In this document: piece after piece, positions 58,710 to 64,000 of the stretch
How positions within the stretch are numbered: the first letter of the stretch is position 1
Layout: each line of letters begins with the position of its first letter
NCBI RefSeq assembly: GCF_009914755.1
Contig: NC_060930.1
Direction: 5' to 3' (one strand)
Source: the human T2T-CHM13v2.0 reference genome, Homo sapiens
DNA: 64,000 nucleotides
Translations under genes and position numbers: made by a program
The notes under the pieces: generated by a model
The model's database searches: none
What the model saw: the letters and a program-made list of their open reading frames with translations, nothing else
What the model was told of the DNA's origin: nothing

Positions 58710-60144
58710 CCCAAACTTAGACCCATCTTATTGCTGTTGGCTCTGACTCCTCTTTTTTGATGAAATGACTGGGGTGTATTCTCCTAACTATAGCTATTGA
58801 ATTTTGTGTGCTTTCCACAGTGACAAAATCTCATGTGTCACTTAGAGCATGGTAGTATCCTTAAATCCTGCATGGAGCTAAGAACTCTATCAAAGAACAT
58901 ATATTCAGCAATAGGATGGAAAAGTGTGTTCTTTTAGAAAAAGAATTTTCTCATTTAAAATTGCTACAATGTCACATGGCACCATCATACATATATAATT
59001 GGCAAATTTTTGTGTCAGTGTTGACACAGGCTTAAGGAGCTTTAAATATTTGCGGCCCTGGTCACCTGAATTTGCCATTCTTGATCTTGCCATAGAGAAA
59101 GAAAAAACCTTTGGCTTGTTTCGTCAGACTTTCTGCCCAAACCTTAGGCCACAATAGGCACACATTTCCACATTTCCTTTAGTCTCAGAGGCAAGACTAT
59201 TTCCTGGTTGGCGGGCATAGAGAATGCCAAGGATTTCGTCTAGGCCTGGCCTGAGTTTGAATGTAGAAAGAAGCAAGACAATGGTTCCTTTTTGTAGCTC
59301 TTAATTACTGATGTGTGAGCTGAATGTTCAGGAACATTCTTGGGACAAACACTGCAGGTCATATTAACTATGGTCTATTTTCTACCTAATTAATCAAGTA
59401 TATTATGTGGAGATTTTTCAAAGAACTCTCATATGTGTTAACTCTACCAACACATACTACCTTATTTTACCTTCACAATCATTTTGTAAGGCAGATGGAG
59501 ATCTGCTTTTTGAAATAATGAAAGAAGCCGGCTTGAGAATCAGATCTAGATTCTAGTGACTACCTTATAGCCTCACTTTCAACTTTCAAGTATGATGCTT
59601 CTAAAATGTTCATTGTTTTCATTCTACATTAAGACGAACTATGAAACTCAGAGATTATTTCTTCAAGGTCACATTTTTCATTAGGTCTGGCGCTGACCTT
59701 GTAATAGCATGCATCTCTAGAATTTAAGGACAACATACTTGAGATGGCTGGATACCAGGAATGTTTGGAAATGGATACTAGTAATAATCAACACACAATG
59801 GATAAGAATGGTCTTTCTAAGTGATAATTTAAGCAACCAATCTTCCCCAAGGAGACAGGTAACCTGAGGAGTACAGATCTGAAAAATAATCTCCTCAGCT
59901 ATATTGCCTACTGATGATTGATGAACAGTTGAATTATTTGTAGGAATCTGTCAGGGTTTTAAATGTAGTCTAAGGGAGAGGGAGCCACCATAGTCCTTGT
60001 GGGAGATCCTGCCCTAGGATGGAGTTGATTGCATAGGCTAGAATTGCTGGATAACCTGCTCACAGGGAATATTTAACACCCTTGCTTTGTTTCTTTCTTT
60101 GCAGTATAACCTTCTGATACCAATTTGGCTTTCAATGTAGATCA

Positions 60145-60685
60145 CGTTATTCAGTCAGCAAACATTTCTTGAGTCTGCCAAATGCTAGGCTTCATACATT
60201 CAAATATGAGAAATGTGGTCCTCGTCCTTGTGGGGTTTGTGGTCTACTTGGGTTGGAGGAGGGGAGAGAAACCAAACATATAAAAATGAGATACCTATTA
60301 TAATAAAGGTATGAACAGAATGTAATGGAAGCAACTAACTATGCTGGGCCCAGGTCTAAGTGGGAGACAAAGTAATCAGAACATTTTTTACCTGGGGGCT
60401 GACAATCTGACTCTCACAGTATAAGAGAGAAGGAGAGAGCTTTTTAAGTGGGATCAAACATTTCTAAGGCATAGAGGCATGAGAAAGCATAGCTTATTGA
60501 GAAAGAATGCCAGGTTTTGTGTGATTGGAGCTTGGATTCTGGGGGCCTAGGAGCAGGGATAGGAGAAAGAAAAGAGGTAACACTGGAGTCACATGGTCCG
60601 ACACTGGCAGACTTTGATTGCCAGGCCAAGGTTTTTGGGTTTTGTTCTGCAGAAAATGAAGAGCTAATTTCATTTCTTCTCATAA
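60145..60685 (-). mobile_element. L2 fragment
   Basis: ttattcagtcagcaaacatttcttgagtctgccaaatgctaggc ... gactttgattgccaggccaaggtttttgggttttgttctg. Confidence 0.7.
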
Positions 60686-61224
60686 GAGGGAGAAGAGTTT
60701 GGTGTGTCCAACCAGTAGGAGAATTCTGTTTTTCTTGGAAGGTAACTTGATGGAAGAGTAGAGGTTTGGGTTTTATGTATAGCCTTTCATTAGGGCCAGT
60801 GGATCCATAGAATTCCTGGTGCATTGGCAATTAACCTGATTGGTAAAGTGGTGCTCTAGTTTATCATTCATTCTGTTGTAAATTTTGTAGCTTCAGGCTT
60901 CTCTGGGATCTGATCAGCTATGGGTATCTCCAGGAAACTTGATTTTCTGGATCTGCACAATGGAAGACCATTCTGTAGATCATAGGTCACCCTCTGTGGT
61001 GTTTTCTACTTCTGTAACCAGCTTGTCTCTAACTCTCAGCAGCAGATTGAAGTTGGACTCCAGGTTCTTTTAATCCTAGCCCATTGCTTACATCATTAGG
61101 TCATGCTACCTCTAATTTCAAAAGCTCAAATAAATTAGATTTTAGCTTTTTTTTTTTTATGAGAATCAAATGCTTTAGATAGCATGCTCACCATGGGCAT
61201 TAGGGCACTGGTACTGATTGCAGT

Positions 61225-61335
61225 CTTGTCTTTAAGCCTCTGTAAGTCAGGATGAGTCTTCTTAATCTTTGTATCCCCCGTAGTCCCTAGAATGATCCTG
61301 TACCTGTAGTAGAAACTCAGTAACTGTTCACTGAG
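61225..61335 (+). mobile_element. L2 3' end
   Basis: atctttgtatcccccgtagtccctagaatgatcctgtacctgtagtagaaactcagtaactgttc. Confidence 0.65.
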
Positions 61336-64000
61336 GGATGATTTCACAGTCATATTTCTCCTATAAATAGTTTTTGGCTTGTACCAGGAATCTGTCTCTT
61401 GCTAATATTTTGTATTATCTATTAATATGAAATTGATTTAAGTTCATTCAACTTTCTTGGACAATTTCCTTAGGAAAGAAGCTCATTATAACAGAAATGA
61501 GAAGGACCAAAATTTGGAGAACAGAATTTAAGGCAGTGAGTCACTACTGCAGATATAAGCTTGGGGTTTATAACCACAGTCAATGGCTGGAATCATTTGT
61601 AATTACAGGGAACATTATTTGTCTCATCAGACTATTCTAGATTGCAGACTTTTCTTCTTTCAAACAGCATAACTTTGATGTTAACATATCAAACATTTCT
61701 ATTTTCCCCCGAAATGTATGATTTGAGGGTGGTAATATGAAATAGAGGAGTTTTCTGATAGTATTGTTAGGAGAGAAGTTTGTGAACTTAGGAGTTCTAA
61801 TAGAATACTTCAATTAGAAAATGACTTCCCTTCCTGGGAAGGTAATCTTTCTGCCTCAGCCACTCTGTTTATCAGCATTGTTGGAGACCTACTAACTGCT
61901 AAAACATAGCAATAAATAATGCCTACATCACAAGACCTATATTTTACATCAAGAAGACCATACAGTAATAAATGGTAATTATTTTAAATAATACTCAAGG
62001 GAAGGCAAACTTCCAAAGAATACATTTTCAATGTCCCAGGCTGATGAATAAAGGGAGCATTTTACATCATTTTGGCTATTCTTTCCTTAGGGCAATAGTA
62101 TATAGTGGTGCTTGCCTGAGAAACATGACACAATTTTTATTTTATTGCATGCATATCAAGCATGAAATTTTCCTTTATTTTTAAAAGTGTCTGAAGCATG
62201 GTTCAGGAATTTTTTTTTTAATTCTCGTGTTCTCAAACTGTTTAATCAATTGAAATTAAAAAAAATCTGAACTTCAACCAAGATTTTATCTCATTTTTAC
62301 TTATTTTGCCTATAAAGATTTAGTTGGCTAATGAAGACTAAAATTTGTTTAAGCCCTGTATTCCTGAACTCTTTCTATCTTTATATTTCAATATGTGTGT
62401 GTTCTTGGGGCAGGGGCTGGGGTTGTGGGGAGTAGGAAGAGGAAGTGGGGAAAAGTACTTAAAAATACCTCTTATTCTTTTAAAGAAACATCTCCATACT
62501 CTTTTTGTTTATTCTTATGGTAAGTGGTTTTACAAAGTGCTGGGTAGGATAATTTCCCTGAAAATTTCCCTGGATTTTAATGACCTGAAGAATTATTCCA
62601 AATTTCTTCCAGAACACTAACTGGAAGAGCATGTGGTCTAGCCTGGAGTTTCCCCACTGTTTTTCTGGATGGGTCACACCTCTAGCCTCAGAAGGCCACC
62701 CTGGAGAAAAAATGCTTTCCTCCTCCCTGCCTTCCCTACCTGCTAAGCTAAGTTTGAGGTACTTACTGTGCTTGGCGTCCACTCACTTCCCACCTCTGAT
62801 CTCCTGATGTGTTTGCTGCTGCGTTCATTTCCTTGGGGGCAGGCGCTGCACAGCTCTCCCACAGGTCTTGACACCTCCTCCCAGTCCTGCCCACTCCTAA
62901 CTCTTCCACTCTCCTTAGAATTTGTCTTCTCTTTGTTTCAGATGCTGTTTAAATTTTGAAGAATAATTCTATGTGAATCCTGTATGTTCCTTTTAGACAT
63001 ATTTGCCTTTTATAAAAGCATACTTCAGATGCATTTTTATAATGGAAAAGAAGGAATGGTGGTTATTTCTGGTTCCATAAAGGTCTGAGCTTTTAAAAAG
63101 TACCTCAAATCACTCCCTATAGACCACAGTGACTGTACAACCTGTTTGCATCCTCTCCCCAGCAGCAATTCTCTGTCTTTCACCTCCAACATTGTTGCAA
63201 TTACCTCCTTTCTTTATTCTCTTGTTAGAAATCTGTGAAATGAGATTGGCGGGGGATGAGGGGCTATGAAAAGTTGGAGAAGAGTGTAGTTAGTAGAAGC
63301 TGACTAAGGAATATTAACATCTCTGTGACATTCCCTTACTCTAGTGATCACTCAAGGATCAGTTTTCCTATTTGTCACATGGGCCTAGATAAACAGATGG
63401 GTACACCATTTTGTTCTTTCATGTTTCAGTAGTTTAGGAAATTTCCACAAAGGGGATTTTTTTTAAAGTAGGTAAGAAATTATGGGTTTAAGCTACTAAT
63501 TAATTCAGAAAATGTAGGCATTCAACAAGATCCATTAACTCCACAAATATGTATTGAGAACTGGCTACGTGTCATTCACAGTTGGTAGGTACATAATTAG
63601 GTAGCTGTCACATAGGATTAAATCTACCTAGGAGTTGCTTCTCAGCCTCCCACTTTTGGAAGTTACTTCTCATTGCTAGAAGCTTGGTGGCATTCTTAAA
63701 TTATTCATTGTTAGCTTCTTATCATTTGGTTGTCCTTCAGGAATATATTGCATTTATATAGAATTGTATACTTCTTCAAACGTGCTGTATTTTGAATTCA
63801 GGGGAGAAAATTTTCCCCAGATTTCAGTAAATCTGTGCACTTTGGTGTGGTGTTAATACCGCACATCTTTGCTTTCACTTACACATTCTCTACTTGCTCA
63901 GCAAGACTCTGGGTAATGGTTTTGCTCTACATATCCTGTATTAAAATGAAAATAAATTTAGTGCATCAATCAAAATTTGGCCACCTACCTGTGACCTGCT

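Overview
Primate (very probably human) nuclear DNA, AT-rich and dense in transposable elements; not a prokaryotic locus. The only host coding sequence I can support is a short terminal exon at 3321-3452 (+), encoding NRDQYSHLLSDHFLPYQGHNSFREKYFSGVTKRIAKEEKSTQE*. I recognise this from memory as the C-terminus of the tRNA m2G10 methyltransferase TRMT11. It is followed by a 3' UTR and an AATAAA at 3866. The ORF track missed this exon. The remaining ~60 kb is downstream/intergenic: Alu, MIR, L2 and L1 copies, MaLR LTRs (THE1, MST, MLT1), ERV1 solo LTRs (LTR1, MER57), MER5/MER63 DNA elements and two decayed class III (ERVL-type) proviruses. I found no intact novel gene system. The best leads are: (i) a possible read-through splice from a 3' UTR donor to a strong L2-derived exon at 17739-17806, predicted to trigger NMD; (ii) an inverted pair of ancient L1 segments with a ~97% identical core, suggesting gene conversion; (iii) a twin-primed L1 inversion with a ~2 kb internal loss; (iv) an RT-less ERVL with a tRNA-Ser-like primer site and nested insertions. 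Repeat subfamily names come from recalled consensus sequences, and boundaries are approximate unless a target-site duplication (TSD) is quoted.
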